Origin: a bacterium
Lineage (GTDB): Bacteria > Patescibacteriota > Microgenomatia > UBA1406 > GWC2-37-13
DNA length: 64,000 bases
Direction of reading: 5' to 3'
Assembly (NCBI GenBank): GCA_029573715.1
Contig: JAKQDR010000172.1
Span: 112,241-176,240 of the forward strand
Of this stretch, positions 45,266 to 57,026 are shown piece by piece; position 1 is the stretch's first letter; each line of letters starts with the position of its first letter. The notes beneath the pieces are model-generated. The model was not told the origin of the DNA. It worked only from the letters and a program-made list of their open reading frames with translations, and did not search any database. Both the position numbers and the translations under genes were made by a program.

Positions 45266-48250
45266 TTAATGAGTAACATCTTTCGAACTTCCTATGTAAT
45301 TCTTCTCAAACAAATACTCTCTCGTATACGATTGCTTTTCCTTCGCAAGGCCTTCACGCTTTCCCTGATAAAGAATATAGCCTCCCGCATCTCCTCCCTC
45401 AGGCCCCATATCAACGACATATTCACAATGTCTTATGATATCAAGGTTATGTTCAATGACGACCACAGTGTTTCCTTGCTCAACAAGTTTCGTGAGTGCG
45501 GTAAGCAACTTTTGCACATCGGCAAAGTGGAGCCCTGTTGTGGGCTCATCAAGAATGTAGAGCGTTCGACCGCTTCCCCCACGTGAGAGTTCATCGGCAA
45601 GTTTGATGCGTTGTGCTTCACCTCCGGAGAATGTTGGAGCAGCCTGACCGAGCTCAATATAGCCAAGCCCCACTTCTTGGAGAAATTGCAATTTTGGATA
45701 AATCTGGTGAAAGTTGACAAAGAACTCTGCCGATTCATCTACTGTCATTTTTAAAATGTCATAAATGCTTTTTCCTTTAAATCTCACCTCAAGCGTTTCA
45801 TGATTGTAGCGATGTCCTTTACACACATCGCAAGTGATATACACATCAGAGAGAAACTGCATTTCAATTTTTATCATCCCGGCACCTTGACATTTCTCAC
45901 ATCGCCCCCCCTTCACATTAAATGAAAATCGTCCCTTGTCAAACCCTCGCGCTTTAGCATCTTGTGTGTTGGCAAAAAGTTCTCGTATCGCATCAAAAAA
46001 CCCGATATATGTTGCGGGGTTTGATCGTGGAGTGCGACCAATGGGCGATTGATCAACCAAATACACTCGATCTACATAATGAAATCCCTCAAGTTTTTCA
46101 TATGCGCCCATAAATCCGCCATAGTGCCCGTCGAGATGATATTTAAGGGCAGGATATAGCGTTTCGGTGATAAGGGTGGATTTCCCCGACCCCGAAACTC
46201 CCGTGACCGCGATCAAATTGCCCAAAGGCAGGTTGAGTGACACATCTTTAAGATTAAATTGAGATGCACGACGAAGCACAATTTCCCCTTTGCTGTCCTC
46301 CAGCGTACGTGTTGGCACGGAAACAGACTTCTTCTTTGATAGATAAGCACCGGTCAGTGATTTTTTGGTTTTTTGAATAGCACTAACTGTTCCATCAAAC
46401 ACCATCTCTCCTCCCTGCTTACCGGCGCCTGGGCCGAGTTCAATGATATGGTCGGCAGATCGTATTGTCTCTTCATCATGCTCCACAATCAACAATGTGT
46501 TGCCTATGTCACGCAAATGCTTGAGTGTTTCAATCAGAGCAGCAACATCACGGGGATGAAGCCCGATAGAAGGTTCATCAAGTACATACAGGACTCCTGT
46601 GAGTCCGGTGCCGATTTGGCTGGCGAGGCGAATGCGTTGAAGCTCACCTCCCGATAAGGTTTTGCCCTTGCGGCTTAAGGTGAGGTATCCCAGTCCAACA
46701 TTGGTGAGAAATTGCAAGCGGGTGATGATTTCTTTGAGGATGGGTTTTGAGATTTGTGATTCATAATCATCCAACACCTGAGGGAGGTTTGTTTGAAAGT
46801 ACTCAATAATGTCTTTTACCGATAAGTCTCCAATTTGTGCAATATTAAAATTATCAATGGTAATGGCGAGCACTTCGGGCTTGAGTTTATCACCTTTACA
46901 ACTTTGACAAATTTCTTCGCGCATATAGCGCCCAACATCGTGCCATCCATCCTCATTTGATCCTGAAGAATTGTAGTATCTTCGCTCAAGCTCGGCAACG
47001 ATGCCATCGAATTTTTCTTGGATAATGGTGTCTTTTCCAAATCTGTTCTGTCCATTTACCCGGTATATTTTTCCGGTTCCATGCAATATAGTTTTCATTT
47101 GGTCTGAAGACAGTTTTTCGATTGGCTTATTCAGATTGATTTTCTCTACGTCGCACACTGTTTTTACCAGTCGTGTGTACCAGGTTTCTGCAAAAAAGAT
47201 TTTGGTAAAAGGAAGAATACCCCCTTCATTAATAGAGAGCTTGGGAGCAAACAGCAGGTCTGGATCTACTTTGTTCACGACACCCAGCCCTCGACATGTC
47301 TCGCATGCACCTAAGGGTGAATTAAATGAAAACATGCGCGGTTCAATCTCGGGAAGAGAAAAACCACAAACAGAACACGAGAATTTTTCGGAATATAATT
47401 GTTGTCTTATGGTGGGAGCGTATTTTTTACGACCGTCTTTACGCACCGCTTCAACATCAGATTCTTGTGTGAGTGTTTCGTGATATTGCAATATCGTAAG
47501 CCCATCTGACAATTTTGCAGCTTGTTCAACGGCTTGAGTCACTCGAACACGGAGTCCATCGGTAAAATAGGCGGCTTTCAGCTCTTTATTACTCGCATGT
47601 ATCACATCGATATATACAGAAATGGAATGCTTGTTTGTTTTAAGAAGCGGAATGTCCTCTTCAAGTGATCTCACCTCATCATCAACGATGACGGTGCGAT
47701 ACCCTTTTTGTTGAAGATTGTTAAAAAGATCAAGGAACTCGCCCTTTTTTTGTCTGACAACGGGGGAAAGTATGGTGAATTCATGGGGAGCTAATTTATT
47801 GGTAGCACATACTCGTTTCATCTCATCAAGTATTTGTCCCACAACCTGATCGACCGACAAACGTTTAATGGTTGAACCATCTTTGGGACAATGCGGCACC
47901 CCAACGCGTGCAAAGAGCACACGCAAATAGTCATACACTTCAGTGATGGTGCCAACCGTCGAGCGGGGGTTGTGACTGACCGTCTTTTGATCGATGGAAA
48001 TGCTGGGAGAAAGCCCCTCAATCATATCTACATCAGGCTTGTCCATGATGCCCAAAAACTGACGGGCATAGGCTGAGAGGCTTTCAACATATCGGCGTTG
48101 ACCTTCGGCATATACGGTGTCAAATGCAAATGAAGACTTTCCGGACCCAGACACTCCCGTCACGACCACAAAAGTATTTTTGGGAATATCAACATCGATG
48201 TTTTTGAGGTTGTGTTGGCGCGCACCACGCACCTTAATGGCCGAAAGCAT
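45266..48250 (-). CDS. uvrA: excinuclease ABC subunit A
   Basis: 994 aa, with two ABC ATPase modules ([23 protein letters not shown] signatures) and zinc-finger Cys clusters. Confidence 0.97.
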   Translation of the reverse strand: MLSAIKVRGARQHNLKNIDVDIPKNTFVVVTGVSGSGKSSFAFDTVYAEGQRRYVESLSAYARQFLGIMDKPDVDMIEGLSPSISIDQKTVSHNPRSTVGTITEVYDYLRVLFARVGVPHCPKDGSTIKRLSVDQVVGQILDEMKRVCATNKLAPHEFTILSPVVRQKKGEFLDLFNNLQQKGYRTVIVDDEVRSLEEDIPLLKTNKHSISVYIDVIHASNKELKAAYFTDGLRVRVTQAVEQAAKLSDGLTILQYHETLTQESDVEAVRKDGRKKYAPTIRQQLYSEKFSCSVCGFSLPEIEPRMFSFNSPLGACETCRGLGVVNKVDPDLLFAPKLSINEGGILPFTKIFFAETWYTRLVKTVCDVEKINLNKPIEKLSSDQMKTILHGTGKIYRVNGQNRFGKDTIIQEKFDGIVAELERRYYNSSGSNEDGWHDVGRYMREEICQSCKGDKLKPEVLAITIDNFNIAQIGDLSVKDIIEYFQTNLPQVLDDYESQISKPILKEIITRLQFLTNVGLGYLTLSRKGKTLSGGELQRIRLASQIGTGLTGVLYVLDEPSIGLHPRDVAALIETLKHLRDIGNTLLIVEHDEETIRSADHIIELGPGAGKQGGEMVFDGTVSAIQKTKKSLTGAYLSKKKSVSVPTRTLEDSKGEIVLRRASQFNLKDVSLNLPLGNLIAVTGVSGSGKSTLITETLYPALKYHLDGHYGGFMGAYEKLEGFHYVDRVYLVDQSPIGRTPRSNPATYIGFFDAIRELFANTQDAKARGFDKGRFSFNVKGGRCEKCQGAGMIKIEMQFLSDVYITCDVCKGHRYNHETLEVRFKGKSIYDILKMTVDESAEFFVNFHQIYPKLQFLQEVGLGYIELGQAAPTFSGGEAQRIKLADELSRGGSGRTLYILDEPTTGLHFADVQKLLTALTKLVEQGNTVVVIEHNLDIIRHCEYVVDMGPEGGDAGGYILYQGKREGLAKEKQSYTREYLFEKNYIGSSKDVTH

Positions 48251-48273
48251 AGGGGGGCGTAATTATACCTCAA

Positions 48274-49230
48274 ATGCTACACAGAGACAATCCATGTATC
48301 GTTATGGTGCTGCTGCTCCTGTGCACTCCTTATGGCCTCATGGCGGCATCCCCGTATGTTATACTCCCAGCCATGATTTGGATACTTCTTGTGGTTACCC
48401 ACTTGATAGGGCTTACGGCCTATACGCTCCTTTTACGAAAACAAACGTCTTCACCCTCAAGCAAACTATTCATCGCGTTTTTGATGCAGGTTGGTTTGTT
48501 TGTTCCCGCCTTGCTGTATCTGCCACTAAACATGATAACGTTTAGCCATTCTTTCGTATCATGGGTTGGTCTTGGTGTGGGCGCCCTTCTTCTGGCAGGA
48601 TACATGGTGTTTAACGTCATGGCACTTTCAAAGCTTGATGCATCGGTCTTTACGATTCTCTTTAATGTCCGTATCTTTGTGGTAACGCTCTTGGGATATG
48701 TGCTTTTAGGAGAGTTGCCAACCAGTGCTCAAGTGGTTGGTGGCATTGTAATTTTTGGGAGCATTGTGTATTTGTATATGGGTAAACAATCTCATTGGAA
48801 TACGCGCTCAACATATTTGGGTATTGTGACGATGGGGTGGTTTAGTATGCATGCACTACTTGAGAAATATAACCTACGGTCATGGAGCCCTGAAAACTAC
48901 TTATTTTTCATAAATTTACTCGTGCTTCTCATATTATTGTTTGTGGTTCTTTTGAGACGAATACTAATAGTTCAAGAGCTTAAGCGCTCTTGGAATAAAT
49001 CTATGTTACTGCTTATGATTGCTCGCTCGCTTTCTGCATATGGCTATGTGTATGCGCTTATGTATGGATCTTTAGCAGTGACCAGCTATATATCAAGCAT
49101 GAGTGTGGTACTCATTGTCGTTTTCGGTATTTACATTCTCAAAGAACATGATCATAGGCTTCGAAAAATTGGAGCTGCGGGCATTGCACTTATCGGAATG
49201 ACCATTATTTTTTTGTCTCAGTTGATATGA
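48274..49230 (+). CDS. EamA/DMT-family transporter (second)
   Basis: 318 aa with about 10 hydrophobic segments. Confidence 0.55.
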   Translation: MLHRDNPCIVMVLLLLCTPYGLMAASPYVILPAMIWILLVVTHLIGLTAYTLLLRKQTSSPSSKLFIAFLMQVGLFVPALLYLPLNMITFSHSFVSWVGLGVGALLLAGYMVFNVMALSKLDASVFTILFNVRIFVVTLLGYVLLGELPTSAQVVGGIVIFGSIVYLYMGKQSHWNTRSTYLGIVTMGWFSMHALLEKYNLRSWSPENYLFFINLLVLLILLFVVLLRRILIVQELKRSWNKSMLLLMIARSLSAYGYVYALMYGSLAVTSYISSMSVVLIVVFGIYILKEHDHRLRKIGAAGIALIGMTIIFLSQLI

Positions 49231-49263
49231 TTATGACTCAATTATCAATGTGCTGACACCACT

Positions 49264-49974
49264 ATGAAAGTAGCTTATGAGAACATGCCCTCACACGTTG
49301 CCATAATTCCCGACGGAAACCGGCGGTGGGCCAAGCAGAGGGGTTTATCATCCATTAAAGGGCACCGACGTGGATACGAGGTTACTCGAGTAATCACCAA
49401 AGAAGCCTTTAAGCACGGCATTAAAGTGATGACTTGGTGGGGATTTTCAACCGAGAACTGGAAACGCGCATCAGATGAAGTCGAATCCATTATGGATATT
49501 TTTGTAAGCGGAATAGATGCGGTCATGCAAGATAACAGTGAGAATAAGGCGCGGTTTGTGAATATTGGCCGAAAAGACAGGCTCAGTGGTGCGCTTGCCC
49601 GCAAACTATCGCAGATGGAGCATGACACCGCTCACTATACCGACCGATTTCTTGTTGTGGCAATAGACTATGGAGGACGTGATGAGCTTACTCGCGCTGT
49701 AGAACGTCTGATGAGTGCGCATGTAACAACCGAAGCTAATGTAATTTCATCGCCGGACATCTCACTCCATCTTGACACCGCGGTTCTCCCCTACCCCGAC
49801 CCCGATTTGATTATTCGCACCGGTGGAGAAAACCGCACATCGGGTTTTATGATTTGGCAATCTGCTCATAGTGAGTGGATATTTCTCGACACACTCTTTC
49901 CGGATTTTACTGCGGATGATCTTCACGCGTGTTTGCGTGAATACGCATCGCGTCAGCGTCGACTGGGAAAATAG
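49264..49974 (+). CDS. uppS: undecaprenyl-diphosphate synthase
   Basis: It has HVAIIPDGNRRWAK and the C-terminal RRLG. Confidence 0.95.
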   Translation: MKVAYENMPSHVAIIPDGNRRWAKQRGLSSIKGHRRGYEVTRVITKEAFKHGIKVMTWWGFSTENWKRASDEVESIMDIFVSGIDAVMQDNSENKARFVNIGRKDRLSGALARKLSQMEHDTAHYTDRFLVVAIDYGGRDELTRAVERLMSAHVTTEANVISSPDISLHLDTAVLPYPDPDLIIRTGGENRTSGFMIWQSAHSEWIFLDTLFPDFTADDLHACLREYASRQRRLGK

Positions 49975-50018
49975 TGTAAATCGCTTTACTCCCTCAACTT
50001 ATGCATTACAATTGAGGT

Positions 50019-50174
50019 ATGAAAAAGGCCGTCCGCACTGTTACTGTTCGTATTCAAAATCTCTTTTCCAAAAAGAGGGCTACTGAATTGTCGCATCAAG
50101 ATAAACTTCGTCAGTCGGCCCGTGCAACACTTAAAAAATATCACACCACATTTCGTAAACTTGCTCAAGAATGA
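50019..50174 (+). CDS. small ORF (51 aa) overlapping the doc start; candidate antitoxin
   Basis: My translation is MKKAVRTVTVRIQNLFSKKRATELSHQDKLRQSARATLKKYHTTFRKLAQE. Its TGA overlaps ATG 50171 (ATGA). GAGG lies just upstream. It is too short for the ORF track. Confidence 0.45.
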   Translation: MKKAVRTVTVRIQNLFSKKRATELSHQDKLRQSARATLKKYHTTFRKLAQE

Positions 50175-50665
50175 AATCTGTACGCTACCTGACCTTTGAA
50201 GATTTTGCGATTATCATTGAAGAATACCGGAATCACTTCAAAAACTTCTCCGATCCACTTCCTGACATGACTTCGTGCCATACAGAAAAACTCGAATCGA
50301 TCATTGCAATTCCTCAAAAGACATTTAGCGGCAAGGATTTATATTCCAGCTTATATGAGAAAGCAGCTTGTTATTTTTACTTCATCAATAAACTCCATCC
50401 GTTTTACAATGGAAATAAGCGCATGTCTGTCTTTGTAACAACCATTTTTCTTATGATGAATGGAATGGAGTTGAAGTATGACAACGAGCAAATGTATGCG
50501 CTTGCAAAGTCAGTCACGTTGTCCGATCATGACCAAACTAAAAAAATGAAAGCGTTAAGCCACGATCTCAAAAAACATGCCCGGCGCATGGGTGATCCGT
50601 GGGCCCCGCTCAGAAACACATGGTATTTAGTAACAAGCTTATTTAAATCTACTCATCGGAGATAA
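50171..50665 (+). CDS. doc: Fic/Doc-family protein, Doc-type toxin
   Basis: The motif HPFYNGNKR matches the Doc variant (H-x-F-x-[DN]-[AG]-N-K-R) of the Fic motif. Confidence 0.8.
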   Translation: MKSVRYLTFEDFAIIIEEYRNHFKNFSDPLPDMTSCHTEKLESIIAIPQKTFSGKDLYSSLYEKAACYFYFINKLHPFYNGNKRMSVFVTTIFLMMNGMELKYDNEQMYALAKSVTLSDHDQTKKMKALSHDLKKHARRMGDPWAPLRNTWYLVTSLFKSTHRR

Positions 50666-50714
50666 ACATTCGAGATCTTGAAAACATGAGTACACCTGGT
50701 ATAAAGGTTGTGCT

Positions 50715-51011
50715 ATGGATATTGAAAAAAGAAAATTCGGACAAGCCGTAAGACTCACACGCGACGAAATAGCGGCTTTTACAGATGAAAGTATTGTCCG
50801 AGATACGATTTTTGATAGGGATGGCAAAATGCATAGACATTGGAAGTCAGACAAAGCTCATCATGGTGCAATTGTTATGCAAGTATGCCCGTGGCAACTC
50901 ACAAGAAGAGCACAAACCAATCTTCTCGAAGAAGCAGCCATTAATGATGGCTTTCCAGTAAACAGAACCGGTTTTTCTCGCCCAGCAGCAGGAACTATTC
51001 ACATTAAGTAG
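50715..51011 (+). CDS. hypothetical protein (98 aa)
   Basis: ORF only; no motif was recognised. Confidence 0.4.
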   Translation: MDIEKRKFGQAVRLTRDEIAAFTDESIVRDTIFDRDGKMHRHWKSDKAHHGAIVMQVCPWQLTRRAQTNLLEEAAINDGFPVNRTGFSRPAAGTIHIK

Positions 51012-51017
51012 TTGCTA

Positions 51018-53105
51018 TCAGGCGAGTGATTTGATCTTCTCGCGTAGCGCGATGGCCGCTTCAAAATCCATAGCTTCTGCTCTTCTTTTCATCTCGCGCT
51101 CAAGGCGCCTAATCAACTTTGTTCTATCATATGGCGTAAGCCCACTGGGGTTTATGTTTTTGAGTTTTCCGAAATCAAATGCCGTTTCTTTGGTTTGTCG
51201 TGGGTCAAGTAGATCTGCAGGATTCTCTTCTTTCACAATTATCTTTTCTCTGATGGCTTTTTGTATTGATTCTGGTGTGATGCCATGAGTTTTATTATAT
51301 TGCATTTGATAAGTACGACGTCTGTCTATTTCTGCAAGCGCTTCTTCCATGCTGCGCGTCATCTTGTCTGCATACATTATCACTTCACCTCGTATATTGC
51401 GCGCTGCCCTCCCCATGGTTTGAATGAGTGAGGTACGAGAGCGCAAAAAGCCCTCCTTATCCGCATCGAGAATGGCAACTAAAGTTACTTCTGGTAAGTC
51501 TAACCCTTCACGAAGCAAGTTAACGCCGATAAGCACATCGTAGGTGTTGTTTCGCAAACTATCAAGCACATCAGAACGCTCCAGCGTGTGGATGTCAGAG
51601 TGCAGATATGCCGCATTGATCCCTTTATCTTTGACATACTCGGTAAGATCCTCAGCTGTTTTTTTCGTGAGAGTGGTGATAAGCACTCGCTCTTTGCGCT
51701 TCGCGCGTGTTTGCACCTCAGCAATGACATCGGGAATTTCCGAAGATGCCGGCCGAACCACTACCATAGGATCAATAATGCCCGTGGGCCGTATTAGTTG
51801 TTCGACAATGCCGTTGTTCGCCTTGCTTTCTACCTTTCCATCGTGCGCGTGAGATTTGGCATGCGCTTGAGTGAGGCTCAGCTCCCATTCGTGAGGAGTT
51901 GCTGAAATATAAACGATATGCGGTGCTTTTGGATAAAACTCGTCAAATGTGAGTGGCCTGTTGTCAAGCGCTGATCTAAGGCGAAAGCCGAAATCAATAA
52001 GTGTATTTTTGCGTGACTTATCTCCGTTGTACATACCGCGAATTTGCGGCACAGTCATATGGCTTTCGTCAATACATACAATGAAATTCTCACCATATGC
52101 TGCATGAAAATAATCAAGCAAACTATAAGGAGCATCACCTGGCTTTCTGCCATCAAAATATCTGCTGTAGTTTTCAATGCCATTCACGTACCCCACTTCT
52201 TTAATGATCTCAAGATCATAATTTACTTTTTGAGTGAGTCTGCGTGCTTCAAGTTCTTTCCCCGCACGTCGGAGTGCGTCAGATTCAACAGCCAAATCAT
52301 GACGGATTTGGGCTTCGGCATTTGCGAATGCCGGGGAGCTCGTGATATTGTGTTTGGCGGGCGAAACTATGATTGATTCGACCACCTTTTGATCTATGCG
52401 TTTCCCAGACATGGGGTCGACTATTTCAATAGTGCTTATCTTCCCCCCCTGGTCGATAAGTCGGTAACAATAATCTTCATACGCCGGATATATATCCATG
52501 TATGATCCTCTCACTCTGAATGTACCCCGCTTAAACTCAAACTCAGATCGCTCATATTGCAAATCAACGAGCTTGACGGCAAGTGCACGCCAATCCGCAG
52601 GCTCCCCAACCCGTATGGGGAGCATCATGTTTTCCCATGAACTTGGATCACCGATGTTATAGATACAACTGACTGATGCAACAACAATCGTGTCTTTACG
52701 AGTGAGTATATTTGCGGTCGATTGAAGGCGCAACTTGTCGATTTGGTCATTAATTTGGGCCTCTTTTTCAATGTAGGTGTCGGAGCTGGGAATGTAGGCT
52801 TCCGGTTGATAATAATCATAATATGAAACGAAATATGAAACGGCATTATTAGGAAAAAAGTCTCGAAATTCCTGATAGAGCTGGCCCGCAAGTGTTTTGT
52901 TATGTGAAATGACAAGCGCGGGCATCTGAAGTTTTTGGATGACATTGGCGATGGTAAACGTTTTGCCCGAGCCTGTTACACCTAATAACACCTGGTTTTT
53001 GAGTCCCACAGATATGCCATGTGCGAGCTTTTCAATGGCCTGAGGCTGATCGCCAGTGGGCTTGAAGGGAGAACGAAGAACAAACATAAAGGTATTATAT
53101 GCCAT
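51018..53105 (-). CDS. uvrB: excinuclease ABC subunit B
   Basis: It has GVTGSGKTFT, the helicase motifs and a C-terminal UVR domain (EMKRRAEAMDFEAAIALREKI). Confidence 0.97.
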   Translation of the reverse strand: MAYNTFMFVLRSPFKPTGDQPQAIEKLAHGISVGLKNQVLLGVTGSGKTFTIANVIQKLQMPALVISHNKTLAGQLYQEFRDFFPNNAVSYFVSYYDYYQPEAYIPSSDTYIEKEAQINDQIDKLRLQSTANILTRKDTIVVASVSCIYNIGDPSSWENMMLPIRVGEPADWRALAVKLVDLQYERSEFEFKRGTFRVRGSYMDIYPAYEDYCYRLIDQGGKISTIEIVDPMSGKRIDQKVVESIIVSPAKHNITSSPAFANAEAQIRHDLAVESDALRRAGKELEARRLTQKVNYDLEIIKEVGYVNGIENYSRYFDGRKPGDAPYSLLDYFHAAYGENFIVCIDESHMTVPQIRGMYNGDKSRKNTLIDFGFRLRSALDNRPLTFDEFYPKAPHIVYISATPHEWELSLTQAHAKSHAHDGKVESKANNGIVEQLIRPTGIIDPMVVVRPASSEIPDVIAEVQTRAKRKERVLITTLTKKTAEDLTEYVKDKGINAAYLHSDIHTLERSDVLDSLRNNTYDVLIGVNLLREGLDLPEVTLVAILDADKEGFLRSRTSLIQTMGRAARNIRGEVIMYADKMTRSMEEALAEIDRRRTYQMQYNKTHGITPESIQKAIREKIIVKEENPADLLDPRQTKETAFDFGKLKNINPSGLTPYDRTKLIRRLEREMKRRAEAMDFEAAIALREKIKSLA

Positions 53106-53114
53106 CTATTGAAT

Positions 53115-53702
53115 TTAATTACTCAAACGAAGCTTCGCATAATTTATCATAGTAAGAACAAGTGCTGCGCTGCCATAAAAGAGGGTAACAATAATCGCAG
53201 TAGGATCTGTAAATGTGCTCCACACATCTGCGACGACCCGCCAAGGCTGAGAAAATACATACCACGAATTAGTTCGATGCAGCCGTCCCATGGCAATGGC
53301 AAACCCAACAGCATACGAGAAAAGCAAAAAGATAGTCAGTCGCATCAGTGGAGATACTCTCACAAGTGATGAGTGAAATACGCGCAAAACCGGTTGTGTC
53401 GCGCGCCAGAAAGTGAATGGTCCCAGAACAATAATCGTGGCATAGAGCCCAATGCCAAGCATGATAAATGGACCAGTCATTTGTATGAATCGATAGTTAA
53501 AGACATGAATTACGTCTGTGACGAGATATAACGTGTTTGGCACAAATAATATCCAGAGTCCTAAAAGCGCCATGCGCTTCCACACGTTGTGCGTTCTTTT
53601 CACCTGGTGACCGAGCGCTATGGCAAATGTTGCCAGCAGAATATTCCACCCCATCCACACACAGTTAAACAGAAAATATGATAATGACTGGGCGTGATCC
53701 AT
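53115..53702 (-). CDS. integral membrane protein, DUF1361-like
   Basis: 195 aa with 5-6 TM segments and the motif LFVPNTLYLVTDVIH. Confidence 0.5.
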   Translation of the reverse strand: MDHAQSLSYFLFNCVWMGWNILLATFAIALGHQVKRTHNVWKRMALLGLWILFVPNTLYLVTDVIHVFNYRFIQMTGPFIMLGIGLYATIIVLGPFTFWRATQPVLRVFHSSLVRVSPLMRLTIFLLFSYAVGFAIAMGRLHRTNSWYVFSQPWRVVADVWSTFTDPTAIIVTLFYGSAALVLTMINYAKLRLSN

Positions 53703-53777
53703 GAAAATGTAGGAATAATAGCTGTGTGGGTATGCATTCTACCATATCCCTTGCCTTTCATATCGTAACACCTTATT

Positions 53778-54710
53778 ATGAAGTATATGGATGCGCATAT
53801 CACGTGGCTCACAGACTACCACGACTCTGACATAGATCCGTATGCGAAGGCGCTCGATCTTGGCCTACCCCTGGCCTATGGATTTGTCATACCACGTGCG
53901 CTTATGCATAGCACATTTCTGCCAATTGGAGTGCAGCAAAAACTTATCCCTCTTTTCGAGCTCGCCCAGCATCACAGTGCTCATGAGATTGAGCATTCTC
54001 AAAAACTTATCCATAAGATAATTGAGGGTATCAAAATATTCCCGATATTTCTGCGTCAAATACACACATCATACGAATCCTTGCTGGAGCATGAACGCAA
54101 GTATTTACGTTTACATGTCACCGATTTGCATCGAGCTCATCATATTTTGCGACATGTGTATGCTCCGCCGCCCGTATCTGTGCGCTTTCTCCCCAATACT
54201 CCCGCCACGCTTCATTGTGCAGGAGAGCAAAGTTTGGTGCACACCATAGCGCTTTTGGTGATAGAAAGTCTTAAAAAAAACCTGATATCTGGCGCCTCGC
54301 CTCATGTGCAAAGTGTGCTCGTACAGCGGATGTATAACGGTCAATATTCTGGATATTGTGACACCACAAATACAGTACGATCTATGCAAAATCAGCTGGT
54401 CGTGTATGGCAACGCAGGGGCTCGGATGCTTGATGAGGCCGGCGACATGTATATCGTTGATAAAGAAAACATGCAAATTATTGACAAACATGTGCTTACT
54501 CAGCCGTTCAAATACACACTCAAAGGAGCAGAATATAAAAAAATCGCACTTCACGAACAAGATGGAGACAGACAAACGTTGCCCGATTCGCTTGTATTAA
54601 AAGTCGCTTACACCGCAAAAGATGTTGAAAAAAAGTTGTATTTCCCCCATCGAGTACATTGGACATTTGAAAATGGATTGCTATACATTACAAAATTACG
54701 TCCTTTGTAA
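53778..54710 (+). CDS. PEP/pyruvate-binding (PPDK N-terminal, ATP-grasp-like) domain protein
   Basis: The resemblance is weak and by eye (GLPLAYGFVIP..., C-terminal LLYITKLRPL). Confidence 0.35.
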   Translation: MKYMDAHITWLTDYHDSDIDPYAKALDLGLPLAYGFVIPRALMHSTFLPIGVQQKLIPLFELAQHHSAHEIEHSQKLIHKIIEGIKIFPIFLRQIHTSYESLLEHERKYLRLHVTDLHRAHHILRHVYAPPPVSVRFLPNTPATLHCAGEQSLVHTIALLVIESLKKNLISGASPHVQSVLVQRMYNGQYSGYCDTTNTVRSMQNQLVVYGNAGARMLDEAGDMYIVDKENMQIIDKHVLTQPFKYTLKGAEYKKIALHEQDGDRQTLPDSLVLKVAYTAKDVEKKLYFPHRVHWTFENGLLYITKLRPL

Positions 54711-54727
54711 CTTATTTATCCCATTTT

Positions 54728-55294
54728 ATGATTGGAAAAATAAAGGGCGCATTGGTAGAAGTGGACGGGAGCGAGGGCTTGATAGCAACACCTGGTGGGG
54801 TGAGTTATCGGGTGCATATACCACAGAGTATGCGCCGGCCTGATGAAGTGCAGATGATTGACGTATACACATACTTGCACGTTCGAGAAGACCAACATGT
54901 GCTGTATGGCTTTGAAACCAAACAGCACTACACTATGTTTCTTATGTTGCTAGATGTTGACGGCGTCGGCCCAAAAACAGCACATACTATCGTGGGGAAG
55001 CTAAGCATGCAAGAGCTCATGGATGCAGTACGCACAAAGAGTGTTGATATTCTCACTCAAATTCCGGGATTGGGGAAAAAAACTGCGCAAAAAATAATTC
55101 TTGAGCTTTCAAGTAAACTGAAAACAGATCTTGATGTCGCTTCTCTTATTGAAGATCCTGTTAATAATGAAGTTCTTGAGGCGCTCGTTGCGTTGGGCTA
55201 TAAAGCAAGTGAGGCGCGAAAATTACTTAAAGGAGTTGATGTTAAATCCTCAACGGAAGATCAGATTAGATTCGCATTACAAAAGAAAACATAA
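54728..55294 (+). CDS. ruvA: Holliday junction DNA helicase RuvA
   Basis: It starts MIGKIKGALVE, has HhH motifs (GVGPKTAHTIV, IPGLGKKTAQKI) and is 188 aa long. Confidence 0.9.
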   Translation: MIGKIKGALVEVDGSEGLIATPGGVSYRVHIPQSMRRPDEVQMIDVYTYLHVREDQHVLYGFETKQHYTMFLMLLDVDGVGPKTAHTIVGKLSMQELMDAVRTKSVDILTQIPGLGKKTAQKIILELSSKLKTDLDVASLIEDPVNNEVLEALVALGYKASEARKLLKGVDVKSSTEDQIRFALQKKT

Positions 55295-55299
55295 CCTCT

Positions 55300-55947
55300 A
55301 TGGGGAAAGTAAAGTTTCTTCCAATCTTGCTCGTACTGGGCATGGTGATAGGATTGTCAGCATTAGGAATTACATACTTGATGAAGGCCGGACATGTGGT
55401 TGATAGTGTAAAAATCAAGGGCGTGCGTGCGTATGGTGGATTTTTGCAACAGTCTGAAGCAGATGTTCTCGGTACACAAGCAAAAACTGAAGCGGGAGAA
55501 TATCATACGTATATTTATTATTTTAATGAAGACAAGTTCAACACATTGGGAGCAAATGACTATACGAGCTCAATCACTCGGACGACTCCGCGTACCGATC
55601 TTGCAACTTTTTCAATTGAGCAAATAGTGCGCGGCCCTGTGGAAGATGAAATGCTTCAGGGTTTTCGACCAACATTTGGAACAGGTGCCATTGCACAATT
55701 TGCTGGTGAATCACGTTGTGGTATAAAACAGTTTTTCGTGACGCTCGACCCTGAAAACTATTTTGCACAGGTTACGTTTTGTAAGCCGATCACAACAGAT
55801 GTAGACTGGGGTTATCGATTTATCACCCAGCAGATTCGAAAAACCCTCATTCAATTTGAACGCATACACAAAGTGCGAATTGTTACTATTGATGATACGT
55901 GTCTGGATGGATCCCCATCACTTGAACCAACTGATTGTGTCTACTAG
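55300..55947 (+). CDS. membrane-anchored hypothetical protein, possibly GerMN-like
   Basis: It has an N-terminal TM segment. The segment EQIVRGPVEDEMLQGFRP is weakly GerMN-like. Confidence 0.4.
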   Translation: MGKVKFLPILLVLGMVIGLSALGITYLMKAGHVVDSVKIKGVRAYGGFLQQSEADVLGTQAKTEAGEYHTYIYYFNEDKFNTLGANDYTSSITRTTPRTDLATFSIEQIVRGPVEDEMLQGFRPTFGTGAIAQFAGESRCGIKQFFVTLDPENYFAQVTFCKPITTDVDWGYRFITQQIRKTLIQFERIHKVRIVTIDDTCLDGSPSLEPTDCVY

Positions 55948-55968
55948 CAGTATCTCTGATAGCGCGTT

Positions 55969-56985
55969 GTGCATTTTTGGCTCGTATCTTCTATAATGCG
56001 AATCATGAAACAACAGCAACCGCTGACTAATAATCTGCGCCCTCATACCATTAAAGATTATATCGGACAGGAATCGGCAATCAAAACACTCAAACTATTT
56101 TTAGAAGGGGTGCGCAGACGAGGCTTTGCTTCAGAACATGTATTGTTTTATGGCCCCCCGGGCATCGGGAAAACCACCCTTTCCTACATCATTGCGAAAG
56201 AGTTAAAAGGCGATCTCAAAGTAGCCACCGGCGCCACTCTCACCAAAACGGGTGACTTGGCAGCGATCCTCACCAATTTGAAGGATAACGATGTGCTTTT
56301 TATTGACGAGATACATCGTATGCCCAAAGCCGTTGAAGAAATTTTGTACCCAGTAATGGAAGAATACTCACTTGATATTGTCATTGGCAAGGGGCCTTCA
56401 GCTCGAACTATGCGCCTGCCTGTTCCTCGCATTACCATTGTGGGGGCTACTACCAAATTGGCACTCTTGTCTGCGCCACTTCGCGATCGATTTGGCCTTG
56501 TGCTTCGTCTTGATTTTTATCATCATCATGAAATGACAAGCATAATCAAACGATCCGCCCAACTTATCGGCATCAGTATTTCCGATACTGCAGCTGCCAA
56601 TGTTGCAAAACGGAGTAGGCGTACGCCTCGAATTGCGAATCGCATTTTGAAGCGCGCACATGACGTTGCCCAATCCCAAGGCGCCGACACCATAGATGAG
56701 GCGCTGCTTGAAAAGTTGTTTGGCCTTCTGGAAATTGATTCAGTCGGACTGACGGATATTGATTTGCAGTATTTGCGTGCTATAGCCCTCACGTTTGAAA
56801 ATAAGCCGGTCGGAGTTGACACCTTGTCATCATCGCTTGCCGAAGACAGACGAACCATTGAGGAGTTTATTGAGCCGTATCTTTTGCAAATTGGCTACAT
56901 TCGAAAAACTCCACGTGGGAGGGTGGTTACAACAGCGGGCCTTATGCATCTTAAGACACATAACAACGATACATTGCCTTTTTGA
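55969..56985 (+). CDS. ruvB: Holliday junction DNA helicase RuvB
   Basis: It has LRPHTIKDYIGQ, Walker A GPPGIGKTTL and Walker B LFIDEIHR. The real start is probably the internal MKQQQPL. Confidence 0.95.
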   Translation: MHFWLVSSIMRIMKQQQPLTNNLRPHTIKDYIGQESAIKTLKLFLEGVRRRGFASEHVLFYGPPGIGKTTLSYIIAKELKGDLKVATGATLTKTGDLAAILTNLKDNDVLFIDEIHRMPKAVEEILYPVMEEYSLDIVIGKGPSARTMRLPVPRITIVGATTKLALLSAPLRDRFGLVLRLDFYHHHEMTSIIKRSAQLIGISISDTAAANVAKRSRRTPRIANRILKRAHDVAQSQGADTIDEALLEKLFGLLEIDSVGLTDIDLQYLRAIALTFENKPVGVDTLSSSLAEDRRTIEEFIEPYLLQIGYIRKTPRGRVVTTAGLMHLKTHNNDTLPF

Positions 56986-57026
56986 AGATGATTTATTCGT
57001 GTTAAAATAGTGATAATGCATTGTGT

